The translations under genes were made by a program, and so were the position numbers. The notes beneath the pieces are model-generated. The model had not been told where the DNA came from. It was given only the letters and a program-made list of their open reading frames with translations, and did no database searches. DNA of 43,682 nucleotides from Candidatus Hodarchaeota archaeon (GTDB lineage: Archaea > Asgardarchaeota > Lokiarchaeia > Sigyniarchaeales > SOKP01), in assembly GCA_048887225.1 (NCBI GenBank), contig JBHLJY010000021.1, positions 1 through 43,682 of the forward strand, given 5' to 3'. Below are positions 16,654 through 27,006 of the stretch, one piece after another. Positions within the stretch are counted from its first letter, which is position 1. Every line of letters begins with the position of its first letter.

Positions 16654-18147
16654 ATGAAAGAAGATGTTATCATTATTGGAGCGGGTATTGGTGGATTAAC
16701 TGCTGGAGCCCTACTTGCTCATGGAGGTCATAAAGTTACTGTTTTAGAGAAAAATAATTATATAGGAGGTGCTTGTAGTTCTTATGAAAAGCAGGGATAT
16801 TTATTCGATCGAGCAGTTCATCTGTTTTCATCGGGATTAAATGGTCCATTTGGAAAGATTTTTGATCGAGTAGGTTTAGATTACCTTAGATTTATAAAGC
16901 ACATTAATGAAAAAACAGCAATGAAAATATACAAGCAAGAGGGTTATTTTCCTCTTGATATTAATATAAATTCAATGTTAAAGACATTACAGTTAAGAAA
17001 AAGCAAGAATGGAGTTAGTGAGAGCACTAGAAGTAGCATGACAGGATTAAGAGACATAGGATTTACTAAAAACACAATGAAAGATTTGGCGACAGTTATG
17101 ACATCAATTATGACGATGACTAAGAAAAAAATAAACAAATTATACGAGGATGAATTAACGGTTACGCAATGGTTAAATCAATATTCGGAGGATTCTTTTA
17201 TTCATGGAATTTTCGCATTTTTGCTAGCCGGTATGTTTTGTATAGGTAATTCGAAAGCGAGTGCTGCTGAATTTATTCATTGCTTTAAAACAGAGCTGAC
17301 TTCTCAAGAAGGTTATCAGTACCCTATCGGCGGTGGTGCGCAATCTATTCCTGACGCTATTGCTAAAGTGATTAAACATTTTGGTGGGGCGATACTTACA
17401 AATTCTCCAGTAAAAAGTATAGTAATTAAAGGAAATAAAGCTCAAGGTGTAATAATCGGGGAGGAATTGATAGAAGCTCCAATTATCGTTTCGAATCTTT
17501 CAATTAAATGGACAATTCTTAATCTTGTTGGAAAAGATTTTCTTGAGAAAAAATATATAGAGAAAATAGAGAACTTAACTCCTTCTTTATCTTCGATGAC
17601 ATTTAAACTTGCGTTAAAGAAACCGATGATTGAGAAATGGGGTTTTATTAATTGTTATCATCCAACTTTACACGATTGGGGAGATAAGTATGGACCTGGA
17701 TCTCCTCTATCCAACGGATTTTTTGGACCTGTGTTAAGCAATCTAGACCCGGCTCTTGCTCCGAAAGGACATCAAACCGCAATATTCGGTACGCTCGTAC
17801 CTTCAAAAGGGCCAGATTGGGAGAGGTGGAGAGAAATTTATTGGGAAGACCTTCTCTCGTTCTTTCCAGATTTAGATCAAAAGCTTGATTTTGTAGATAT
17901 TTCTTATCCTAAAGATATTGTCGCAGCTACAGGAAAGCTAGAAGGACCAGTTGAAGGTCTAGGCTTGACACCTGCTCAAACCGGTAACAATAAGCCATCT
18001 TCCGTGATCCCTGGAATTAATGGGTTGTATGTCGTCGGAGATACAGCAGGAAAGACGGCTCACGGAATTGGAACTCAACACGCCTGCGATAGTGGATTAA
18101 AATGCGCAGAAGCTATACTAGGAAATATTGAAATAAGTTCAATTTAA
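16654..18147 (+). CDS. Phytoene desaturase-family FAD oxidoreductase
   Basis: DVIIIGAGIGGLTAGALLA...LEKNNYIGG, YPIGGGAQ, GLYVVGD. Confidence 0.85.
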   Translation: MKEDVIIIGAGIGGLTAGALLAHGGHKVTVLEKNNYIGGACSSYEKQGYLFDRAVHLFSSGLNGPFGKIFDRVGLDYLRFIKHINEKTAMKIYKQEGYFPLDININSMLKTLQLRKSKNGVSESTRSSMTGLRDIGFTKNTMKDLATVMTSIMTMTKKKINKLYEDELTVTQWLNQYSEDSFIHGIFAFLLAGMFCIGNSKASAAEFIHCFKTELTSQEGYQYPIGGGAQSIPDAIAKVIKHFGGAILTNSPVKSIVIKGNKAQGVIIGEELIEAPIIVSNLSIKWTILNLVGKDFLEKKYIEKIENLTPSLSSMTFKLALKKPMIEKWGFINCYHPTLHDWGDKYGPGSPLSNGFFGPVLSNLDPALAPKGHQTAIFGTLVPSKGPDWERWREIYWEDLLSFFPDLDQKLDFVDISYPKDIVAATGKLEGPVEGLGLTPAQTGNNKPSSVIPGINGLYVVGDTAGKTAHGIGTQHACDSGLKCAEAILGNIEISSI

Positions 18148-18163
18148 ATAAAATCGAAAAATA

Positions 18164-19249
18164 TTAATGAAGCTGCTTTATTGGATAATGACCATACTTT
18201 TCTATAGCTTTTGGAATTGTCATAACATTTGGAAGAGATACTCCCCAAGGCAAACAACAGATTGGACTTACTATATATCTTCCTCCTGGAGCTAAATTTA
18301 TTATGTTCTCTTTAACTTTATCCTCTACATCTTGAGGGGTACCTGTTAATAATTCGCGACTAACATCGATATTTGCGCCCATTATGGTAACTTTTGGAAA
18401 TTCCTTCTTAAAATCAATCCAATATTCAATATCTAAAGGATGGGAACCATTTACCGCTATGAACTCTATTTCTTTACATACTTCTTTAAAATATGGTTTA
18501 GTTCCACAATTATGGAGGATAAAAGGGGACTTAATTTTTTTTTGAAATCTTTTAATAAATTGGCCTTCATATTTCATGGCATCTTTAAAGGACATCATAT
18601 GTTTATTGAAGGCATATCCCGTATACATTACAATATTAGTTGCTCCTACTCTTTCAATCCAATTATAATAAGCATCTAATTGGCTTTCATAAATTTTTTC
18701 GCACAATTTTAATAATAAATCAGGATTTCTTCGAATATCCTTAAATGCATCAACTCCTCTTAGTTCTTGGACTACTGACCATATTGCTACCCCCATACCT
18801 TGTGGAAATTTAGTTTTTTCTTTAATAATATTTGCAGTATTGAATGTTGTTTCCCAAAGATCTATTTTTGAATGATCTGGAATTTCCAACTTTTCAATAT
18901 CCTCTTCGGTTTTGCAAACTTCACCCTGTTTAATTGCTATAGGTTTATAATCGTACCATTGAATAGAATCCATTTTGCTATTTGCTTCAGCAAACGCGTA
19001 TGCTTCTGCAGGTCCAGCATAGGCAGAAGGGATCTGAATTGTATCTGCTCTAATAAATTCTGCAGTTTTAATAAGACAATTTGCGTAAGTCTCTGGTGAA
19101 CTTAAAATTTCTCTCGTCGTAATTCCTATAATCCGAGAAATGAATTGTTCATCAATTATAGCAAAAAATGGGACTCTATCAACACCTTTAATTTGACCAA
19201 CCAAAATTTTCATGAATCTACTAACCGATTTTACCCAATCATAGGGCAT
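18164..19249 (-). CDS. URO-D superfamily methylcobamide methyltransferase (MtaA/CmuA-like)
   Basis: Zn-ligand pattern LHNCG plus a downstream Cys (SPICCLP); GTPQDV; adjacent to a corrinoid protein. Confidence 0.78.
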   Translation of the reverse strand: MPYDWVKSVSRFMKILVGQIKGVDRVPFFAIIDEQFISRIIGITTREILSSPETYANCLIKTAEFIRADTIQIPSAYAGPAEAYAFAEANSKMDSIQWYDYKPIAIKQGEVCKTEEDIEKLEIPDHSKIDLWETTFNTANIIKEKTKFPQGMGVAIWSVVQELRGVDAFKDIRRNPDLLLKLCEKIYESQLDAYYNWIERVGATNIVMYTGYAFNKHMMSFKDAMKYEGQFIKRFQKKIKSPFILHNCGTKPYFKEVCKEIEFIAVNGSHPLDIEYWIDFKKEFPKVTIMGANIDVSRELLTGTPQDVEDKVKENIINLAPGGRYIVSPICCLPWGVSLPNVMTIPKAIEKYGHYPIKQLH

Positions 19250-19255
19250 TTTATA

Positions 19256-19906
19256 TCAACCTCCTCTAAATTCAGATATTAAATTTCTAATTTTTTTAAC
19301 ACCTTCCCATCCATCTTTAGCACAATCATCTGCTCCTATCATTGCACAGGAATCTTTTGAAACTATTCCACCCCCAATAATTATTTTTGAAGAGATATTC
19401 TCTTTTTTGAGTAATAGAATTGTTTCATGCATTTTTGAAATAGACATTGTGAGTAAACCACTTAGTCCTATAATGTCAGGTTTTATCTCTTTTGCTTTTT
19501 GAACAAATTCTTCTGGTGGAACATCTGATCCTAAATCGATAACATTAAATCCTTGACCTTTTAAAAGAGAAACTACGAGGCATTTCCCTATATCGTGTAT
19601 ATCTCCCTCTACTGTTCCAATTAATATATCCCCTTTGGAAATGGCTGATACTTCTATAAATGAGTTTTTTAATAAATCTATAGCTGCATTAATAGCATCT
19701 CCTGTCATTAACATATCGGCTAGGAAATATTTCTCTTGTTCGTATAGTTCTCCTACCTCTATTGCTCCTTTTATTATCGCACCGTTTAAAATATCTTTAT
19801 AGTCTAATCCTATATTTAACGCTTCATTTACAAAATCAATAGTTTTTTGTGAGTCTCCTTCTACAACCGAATTTTTTATCCTCGTTAACGTTTCTTTGTT
19901 CTTCAT
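19256..19906 (-). CDS. Corrinoid (B12-binding) protein, MtaC/MttC-like
   Basis: Cap domain plus GTVEGDIHDIGK (DxHxxG), GLSGLLT and IIGGG. Confidence 0.93.
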   Translation of the reverse strand: MKNKETLTRIKNSVVEGDSQKTIDFVNEALNIGLDYKDILNGAIIKGAIEVGELYEQEKYFLADMLMTGDAINAAIDLLKNSFIEVSAISKGDILIGTVEGDIHDIGKCLVVSLLKGQGFNVIDLGSDVPPEEFVQKAKEIKPDIIGLSGLLTMSISKMHETILLLKKENISSKIIIGGGIVSKDSCAMIGADDCAKDGWEGVKKIRNLISEFRGG

Positions 19907-19998
19907 AGCTTGCTTTTTTTTATTATTAACTAAGCTTAACCTTATAATAATTGTTCTATGTTATTTTATAAAAATCTAATTAAAACTATTATCTAATC

Positions 19999-20922
19999 CT
20001 ATCTAAACCGCGGAAAAAGAGCTAGTGCATTTTTATACGCAATGGCCATTCGAGTCTGTGTATCGAAACCATCGTAATTATCAAATCCTTCTATCATTAC
20101 AGATGCCGCTCGTTCTGGGAGAAATGGGTAATCACTACCAAAAAGAATTTGTGATGGATCTACTAATTCTTGGAGGGAACGAAGCGTATAGCTTGTACCT
20201 GACAATGCAATATCGTAATAGAAGCGCTTAAGATAATCTATTAATTTTTTTTTACCAAAAGAAATTCGCCACGCTATATATGGAACTGTGCCTCCAGCAT
20301 GAGATAAGATAAATCGAATCTCTGGATATTTTTTTATTGTGCTTCCATGTATTAAATTCGCTACTGCCCTCGTTGTATCGAATACATATTCTAAAACGGC
20401 AGCATTAAAGTTAGGCATAGGTTGTTTATCGGACGGAGGAGAATTAGGGTGAATTAATACAACTGCTTTTCGGCGATTCAATTCTGAAAAGAGATCGCTG
20501 AATATAGGATCACCAATATATTTGCCATTAATGTTACTAAGTAGAGCAATCCCATCTAAATTCAAAGTGTCCAAGGCATATTCTAACTCTAGAAGAGACT
20601 TTTTTACATTAGGCAAGGGTAACGAAGCAAAAGCACCAAACCTCTGTGGATATTTGTTTACTAAATGAGCGGAAAACTCATTGCAACGACGTGCCAGATC
20701 TTGCGCAAAATCACTATCTCCAAAATAAATACCTGGTGCAGAAATAGATGTAATAGCTGCTATGATGCCTTGCCTATCCATGAACGCAAGACTGCTTTCT
20801 ACGTCCCATTTAGGAAAAGATACGCCCTCTACAGAAGTGACACCAATAGCAGCTAGAGAAGAAAGATATTCTGGAGGGATTATGTGATGATGAATATCAA
20901 ATCTATTCAGTTTTATTGCCAT
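19999..20922 (-). CDS. Amidohydrolase_2 family protein (ACMSD/aromatic acid decarboxylase-like)
   Basis: DIHHH, LIHP, DTTRAV, LSHAGGTVPY, FGSDYPF. Confidence 0.88.
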   Translation of the reverse strand: MAIKLNRFDIHHHIIPPEYLSSLAAIGVTSVEGVSFPKWDVESSLAFMDRQGIIAAITSISAPGIYFGDSDFAQDLARRCNEFSAHLVNKYPQRFGAFASLPLPNVKKSLLELEYALDTLNLDGIALLSNINGKYIGDPIFSDLFSELNRRKAVVLIHPNSPPSDKQPMPNFNAAVLEYVFDTTRAVANLIHGSTIKKYPEIRFILSHAGGTVPYIAWRISFGKKKLIDYLKRFYYDIALSGTSYTLRSLQELVDPSQILFGSDYPFLPERAASVMIEGFDNYDGFDTQTRMAIAYKNALALFPRFR

Positions 20923-21152
20923 TGCCTATCTTCTTTCTTTCTATTCTCTTTAGATTTTTCTTAGCTGTGTAATAACTAATTTAGAAATATAAGTGAAAAA
21001 TATAAGTTTTTTTATTAAATGAATTAAGTTTTATAGAAAAATTAAAAAGTATAGTAAATAAATTTTCATTACTTAATAGTTGAATATTGATTACTATTAT
21101 TATAACAATATGAGATGTCCATAGAAATAACTAATATTTAATAGTGAAATAA

Positions 21153-22781
21153 ATGAGACTAGACTATATTGTTAAAAAAAATGCCAGAAGTAAACAAGAT
21201 AAGGTGGCTCTTGTTGATGTCATGGCGGGAGAAAATTTTATTACATACGGAGAATACAATCAAAGATGCATTAATTTCGCTAATTATGTTATTAACGATT
21301 TTAAAATCAATCCTGATGAAAGAATCGCTCTTTTATTAGAAAACAGCATAGAAATTTGCGTAGCTTATTACAGCATTCCAAAAACTTCGGCAATTACGGT
21401 GCCTTTAAATTTTTTTATGGCTAAAAGAGAGCTAGAATATTGTATAAACGATTGCAAACCAGTTATGTTAATATACGGAAATAATTTTGCAAATGACATA
21501 AATTATTATAAAGAAAATTGTCCTTCCATTAAAGAATATATATCAGAGCAACGATTTAACGAGTTATGCCAAATACCATTTGAAGGCAAAAGACTCAAGC
21601 CTCCTAGAAGACTTTTTGAGGAAGATATAGCTTTCATTGCTTATACTGGAGGAACTACAGGTTTCCCTAAAGGTGTGATGTTAACTCATGCAGGATTATT
21701 TAATAATATGATGAGTAGCGGTGAGTCGGTTATTGAATCTATACATGAAGATTCAAAAATTCTTAAAGAAGATGCATTAGAAATGTTAGAACATACTATT
21801 CTTATTCCTATTCCTATTTTTCATTTAGCTGCAATGTTAGTTTTTCTTATGTCATCATTTATTGGATATACTATTTATTTGCATAAAGGTTTTAAAGCGG
21901 ATAAAGTGGTGAAATCGATAGATAAATATAAAATTAACCATCTTGCTTGTGTTCCTACAAATATTATCTCACTTCTAGAGTTTTTAGAATCAGGCAAAGG
22001 GGGGGATTATGATTTAAGCAGTTTAACTGCTTTAACATATGGAGCCGCACCGATATCTCCAACAGTATTATCAAAAATCATGGAATTGTTACCCAATACT
22101 AAATTTCGCCAAGCATATGGACAAACAGAGTATTCGCCCGTTATTACTCAATTAACTAGTGAAGATCACGAGTTAGCAAAGAAATATCCTGAGATTCTAA
22201 AGAGCGGCGGGCGTCCTCAATATGGTACCGAAGTCATTATTGTTGATAAAAGTGGAAATTTCCTTCCTAAAGGTGAAATTGGTGAAGTTATTGCATCCGG
22301 AAAATCAATTATGAGAGGATATTGGAATAAGGAAAAATTAACCCAAAAAACTATTCGAAAGATTAATGGGAAAAACTGGTTATTTACGGGAGATATAGGA
22401 TATATAAAAGAAATTAACGGTAAAAATTACTTATTCTTGACAGATAGAGATAAGGATATGATAGTTAGTGGAGGAGAAAATATATATCCTAAAGAAATTG
22501 AAAATGTTATATATCAACTTGATGGTGTTAAAATGTGTGCTGTAATTGGCGTGCCAAGTGAAAAATGGGGTGAAGCAGTGGTGGCTTTAGTTGTCCCGAA
22601 AGAAGGAGCAAATTTGAAAGGAGAACAAATAATACAATATTGTGGGGAACATCTTGCTGGCTATAAAAAGCCAAAAAAAGTAATATTTAGAGATGACTTT
22701 CCGGTTAGTGCTCAGGGAAAAATTTTAAAAAGAGCGTTAAAAGATGAATTTTGGAAAGGAAAAAATCGGCGTATCCATTAA
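21153..22781 (+). CDS. Long-chain acyl-CoA synthetase / AMP-binding CoA ligase
   Basis: YTGGTTGFPKG, YGQTE, TGDIG, DRDKDMIVSGGENIYPKEIE, GKILK. Confidence 0.93.
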   Translation: MRLDYIVKKNARSKQDKVALVDVMAGENFITYGEYNQRCINFANYVINDFKINPDERIALLLENSIEICVAYYSIPKTSAITVPLNFFMAKRELEYCINDCKPVMLIYGNNFANDINYYKENCPSIKEYISEQRFNELCQIPFEGKRLKPPRRLFEEDIAFIAYTGGTTGFPKGVMLTHAGLFNNMMSSGESVIESIHEDSKILKEDALEMLEHTILIPIPIFHLAAMLVFLMSSFIGYTIYLHKGFKADKVVKSIDKYKINHLACVPTNIISLLEFLESGKGGDYDLSSLTALTYGAAPISPTVLSKIMELLPNTKFRQAYGQTEYSPVITQLTSEDHELAKKYPEILKSGGRPQYGTEVIIVDKSGNFLPKGEIGEVIASGKSIMRGYWNKEKLTQKTIRKINGKNWLFTGDIGYIKEINGKNYLFLTDRDKDMIVSGGENIYPKEIENVIYQLDGVKMCAVIGVPSEKWGEAVVALVVPKEGANLKGEQIIQYCGEHLAGYKKPKKVIFRDDFPVSAQGKILKRALKDEFWKGKNRRIH

Positions 22782-22798
22782 AAATATCAAAATATAAT

Positions 22799-23983
22799 TT
22801 AATTCTTTAAAGACTCAGTTTTCCTATATATTCCTTTTTGAATAATATATTTCATGATCTCATCAGTACCTGCACCTATTCGTAAAAGTCTCACATCTCG
22901 TGCGCATCTTTCCACTGGATATTTATTTGTATATCCAATCCCTCCTAAAACTTGAATTGCATCATCGCATATTTTAAATGCATTTGTACACGCAAAGAGT
23001 TTAGCCATAGCAGCTAATTCTCCATCTTCCATATGATTTAACGATTTTTGTAATAAGGCTTTCCCGGCTTCAAAGTTTGTAACCATTTCAGCAATTTTGA
23101 AACTAATACCTTCAAATTCGCAGATTGGTCTTTTAAATTGAACTCTTTCTTTAGAATATTGGATAGCTACATCTATTGCTCTTTTAGCAACGGCTAATGC
23201 TTGGACGGATACTGCTACCCGTTCAGGTCCCAACATCACCTGCATACTCGAAATTGCCGCAGTTTTACCTATTTTAGTATCATCTAATGTTGGTTTTATT
23301 TCCTTGTAAAAGAGAACGTTTTCTTTAGGGACTCTAACATTATTGAATTTCATATGCCCTAGATGTAATCCGTGGAGGCCCATCAATTGATACTCTTCAA
23401 TAACTTCAAATCCTTCCCAATCAGACTGTACAATAAAGGCTCCATTTCGACCATATACCAAGAGAATATCAGCTATGCTTCCATTAGTAATAAACCTTTT
23501 TTCACCAGTTAAAATGAAAACCTCACTCACATCATCTTTTTTGAATATTGTTTTCATTCTAGATAAGTCGCTCCCAGCGTCTGGCTCAGTAAAGCAAAAG
23601 CATCCTATTTTTTCGCCTTTTAGCAGGGGATCAATATATTTGCGTAGTAGTTTAGTTTTACCAAACATACGAATTAAAAGTGCTGGATATGTGGATGCTA
23701 AACGACTCATGTCAATCGGTAAACTATGATAACAAATTGCTTCAGACACCAATAATTCTTGCGTAAATGAGCCCGAACGCCCACCAAACCTTTTCGGGAA
23801 AGTAATTCCGATTAATCCTTTTTTGCCCATTGGTCTTATAACATCCCATATCTCTTTTTTACCTTGTTCAATATCGTCGATATATGGTGCAACCTCGTTC
23901 AAAGTAAATTCATCAATTTCGGTCTTGAATGCTAAGTCATCTTCGCTTAAATTTGAAAACATGCTTTCCATAATAAAAATCAA
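22799..23983 (-). CDS. Acyl-CoA dehydrogenase
   Basis: FCFTEPDAGSD, GEKRFITNG, RVQFKRPI, QVLGGIGY, IGAGTDEIM. Confidence 0.93.
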   Translation of the reverse strand: MIFIMESMFSNLSEDDLAFKTEIDEFTLNEVAPYIDDIEQGKKEIWDVIRPMGKKGLIGITFPKRFGGRSGSFTQELLVSEAICYHSLPIDMSRLASTYPALLIRMFGKTKLLRKYIDPLLKGEKIGCFCFTEPDAGSDLSRMKTIFKKDDVSEVFILTGEKRFITNGSIADILLVYGRNGAFIVQSDWEGFEVIEEYQLMGLHGLHLGHMKFNNVRVPKENVLFYKEIKPTLDDTKIGKTAAISSMQVMLGPERVAVSVQALAVAKRAIDVAIQYSKERVQFKRPICEFEGISFKIAEMVTNFEAGKALLQKSLNHMEDGELAAMAKLFACTNAFKICDDAIQVLGGIGYTNKYPVERCARDVRLLRIGAGTDEIMKYIIQKGIYRKTESLKN

Positions 23984-24066
23984 CTCTATTTATATTTTTA
24001 ATAAAAAAAGAAAGAATTACATATTAAATATTTTTATTTTATCCTTGTATAGCTATTTTTCTTTAT

Positions 24067-25632
24067 TTAGATTTCTTTGCCTGAGATATAAAATCCGGAA
24101 TCTGCTATATCATTAGGATCAAATGCTTTTTTAATCTTCCTAAGCCAATGGTGATAATTCATCATATGAGGGCCAAATAGGTCATGCATGCGGTCTCCTT
24201 CTACAAAAAAAGGAGCACCAAGATGGTTAAGCAAGTCATATTGATTACTTGCATCCATATATTCTGCCATTCCCGCAACGCTGTGCTCGTCTGTTTGATC
24301 AAACATGGTGGGTGATTCTACATGAAAATAATGTCCTGATTCATATGAGGTCATCCATACACCATCTCCAGAATCATTCCCTATAACCCCTTTTTCTATA
24401 TATTTCTTCTTCAATGGAATTCCTTTTTTTGTAGTTTCAAGACATACTGAAGCAGTATCACATTGGCCCTTTGACGATTGAAAGGCACCTGTTGCGATAA
24501 ATCCATGAAGTCCTAAATTTGAACGTAAAGCTTCAGCGTAAAAAATTGGTTTAGGGGTATATTTTGTGCCGATAATATCTTTTAATTTTAATTCTTCCAA
24601 TAACATTTCCATGACTTTCTGTTTATAATCATATTCACGCTTAGTCCTAGCCGTTATAATTACAACTAAAGGAGCTTTCAGACTAATAATTGCCCTTTTA
24701 TCTAGTAAATCTTCAATGCTAAATGCAAACATAGCAGATACAGCAAGTCCCGAGAGATGACTACACATGAAAGAGATTTCCTCCTCCTCAACTCTTAATA
24801 TAGCTTTTTCAAGTGCATCATAAGTTCTACAACCCATAACATATATTCTAATAAAGTTAGGAATCTCAAAATCATAATTTGGAGAATTACCTTTCAATTT
24901 GAAATCAGTACTACATGGATAAGGAAATAGTTTAATTGCCACTCTAGTAAATATTCCAATACCCGATTTAGCACCTGCCCACCCGCGCATTATTCCTCTA
25001 AGACTAGGCCCTGGACCATCACCATTAAACCAATCTGGATAATTCTTTAATCCAAGCGCCCCTAACCTTAAGATTTCACCGTCGGGCAACACCCACTCAA
25101 CACCCAAAACATTTCGAGCACTGTGGCCTGTTTGAGGAGATGTAAATCCAGGACCACACATAGAGGTCGCACTTGCAAGTGGAGATACCTGTGGTCCAGC
25201 ACCAGGCATATGACAATTTAAGCCATATTTCATTATTTCTACTTGTAATTGTGTGCCACTTACATAAGGCTCTACAACTGCATATAGATTTTTTTCGTCA
25301 ATCTTCACAATTCTATTCATTCTGCGAAGATCTACGATAATTGAATTATCTGTAGAGGGTTGATTCCATGGACCTAATCCTGTTGATTGAGCTTTAAATT
25401 GAATTCCATATTTATTACATAATTTTACAATCTTTTGAACTTCCTCTGTTGAAGAAGGTAAAACCACTGCTTTAGGTACAGGAGAAAACGGTATTGGCTC
25501 TTTATCTTCCATATAATTAACAAATTCCATACACCAATTATATGCATAAGCGTTTGTCATAACTTCGCCATCACTAATATTCTCAGGTCCAACTATGTCT
25601 TGAAATTCTTTAAGAACTTGTTCTTCTAACAC
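24067..25632 (-). CDS. FAD-binding oxidoreductase, VAO/PCMH (GlcD-like) family
   Basis: PKAVVLPSSTEEVQKIVKLCN, VDLRRMNRI, VEPYV, EWVLPDGEILRLG, IKKAFDPN. Confidence 0.87.
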   Translation of the reverse strand: MLEEQVLKEFQDIVGPENISDGEVMTNAYAYNWCMEFVNYMEDKEPIPFSPVPKAVVLPSSTEEVQKIVKLCNKYGIQFKAQSTGLGPWNQPSTDNSIIVDLRRMNRIVKIDEKNLYAVVEPYVSGTQLQVEIMKYGLNCHMPGAGPQVSPLASATSMCGPGFTSPQTGHSARNVLGVEWVLPDGEILRLGALGLKNYPDWFNGDGPGPSLRGIMRGWAGAKSGIGIFTRVAIKLFPYPCSTDFKLKGNSPNYDFEIPNFIRIYVMGCRTYDALEKAILRVEEEEISFMCSHLSGLAVSAMFAFSIEDLLDKRAIISLKAPLVVIITARTKREYDYKQKVMEMLLEELKLKDIIGTKYTPKPIFYAEALRSNLGLHGFIATGAFQSSKGQCDTASVCLETTKKGIPLKKKYIEKGVIGNDSGDGVWMTSYESGHYFHVESPTMFDQTDEHSVAGMAEYMDASNQYDLLNHLGAPFFVEGDRMHDLFGPHMMNYHHWLRKIKKAFDPNDIADSGFYISGKEI

Positions 25633-25635
25633 TAT

Positions 25636-26949
25636 TTAAGCCACCTCCGCCATTGCTTTTTTTAACTTATCAGGCTCAAAACCTAAGGACATCAATATTA
25701 GTTCGCTAATATCGTAATATTTCAGTTTAGAACCACTTTCTCCAATTCCATCTTGTAAATTTGTGGAACAAAATGGACATGCTGATATTAATGCATCAGC
25801 TTTAGTATCTTCAGCTTCTTCTATTCTGGTTTTGGCAGTATTTAATGCTAATTCAGGGAATGCTGATTTAACACCCGCACCAGCTCCACAACAATAAGCA
25901 TATTCTTTAATCCTTTCCATTTCTACGAATTTTAAACCAGGAATTTTATTTAGGATATTCCTTGGAGCTTCATATATCCCTTTTGATCCTGTTCTTTTAG
26001 GTTTTGGGGGTACATTAATAGAAATCAAAGGCATCAAATCCACAACTTTACCATCCCATTCTTCATATCTTTCTGCATTTCTTCCTAAATGACACGGATC
26101 GTGGTATGTTACTGTTAAGGGAATTTCATTTGTTAATTCTAGTTGCCCGGTTTCAAGTAGTTCATCAAAAAATTCGACAGTATGTAATACTCTAAAATTA
26201 TATTCTCTATACAAAGGATAATCCACTTTAAAGGTATCATAACATCCAGCACAACTAAAAATTATAGTGTCAATGCCTTTTTCTTCGATTACATGTAAGT
26301 TTCGATTTAATATCTCTTTAAAAGTTTTAACATCTCCAGTTCGCAAGATTGGGCTACCACAACAAACCTCTTCGTCTTGTAAGACATTAAATGGAACACC
26401 AGCGGTGTTTAAAATCTGGGCAGTAGCAATAGCCATTTCTTTTCTTCTATAGGAAGATGTACATCCTACAAAATATAATAACTTGGCGTTGGGATCAATC
26501 ATGATGTCATCAGGTAACCAGTCCAATCTTTTCTCATGGGGTTCATTATAAGGATTATTTACTTTTTTCACGGCTTCAATATATTCTTTTTGTTTGGGCA
26601 TAGGTCCAACTCCAGCTTGTACCAGTTTTTCTCTTAATTTCATCATAATTTCTAATGGTTCTAGAGTGTTTAGAAATTTACATGAAACAGCACAATTTCC
26701 ACATTCTGGACATTTATAAACAATATCTCGTAATTCTTCAGATGGTTTAATTCTGCCCATTTCTAACGCTAAAGCTAAAATAATCTTTCCACCCCCACTA
26801 TAAGGATGAAAATTATACATATCAATAGCGGGACATGCAGTGGCATATTTCTGAGATTTAATAGTTACCTGCGGAATCCATTTACATATAGAACAACGTA
26901 CACAACGTTTAATCATTTTTTGATATTCTTTTTCTTCCATTCTTATCAT
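25636..26949 (-). CDS. HdrD/GlcF-like Fe-S oxidoreductase with two CCG domains
   Basis: CVRCSIC, CPECGNCAVSC, FVGC, CCG, CAGC, YHDPCHLGR, CCGAG, ACPFC. Confidence 0.9.
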   Translation of the reverse strand: MIRMEEKEYQKMIKRCVRCSICKWIPQVTIKSQKYATACPAIDMYNFHPYSGGGKIILALALEMGRIKPSEELRDIVYKCPECGNCAVSCKFLNTLEPLEIMMKLREKLVQAGVGPMPKQKEYIEAVKKVNNPYNEPHEKRLDWLPDDIMIDPNAKLLYFVGCTSSYRRKEMAIATAQILNTAGVPFNVLQDEEVCCGSPILRTGDVKTFKEILNRNLHVIEEKGIDTIIFSCAGCYDTFKVDYPLYREYNFRVLHTVEFFDELLETGQLELTNEIPLTVTYHDPCHLGRNAERYEEWDGKVVDLMPLISINVPPKPKRTGSKGIYEAPRNILNKIPGLKFVEMERIKEYAYCCGAGAGVKSAFPELALNTAKTRIEEAEDTKADALISACPFCSTNLQDGIGESGSKLKYYDISELILMSLGFEPDKLKKAMAEVA

Positions 26950-27006
26950 CTGAACTTTTTATTTATGTAATTAAATTATTTATTTTGAAATTTATTCTTA
27001 AAGAAA

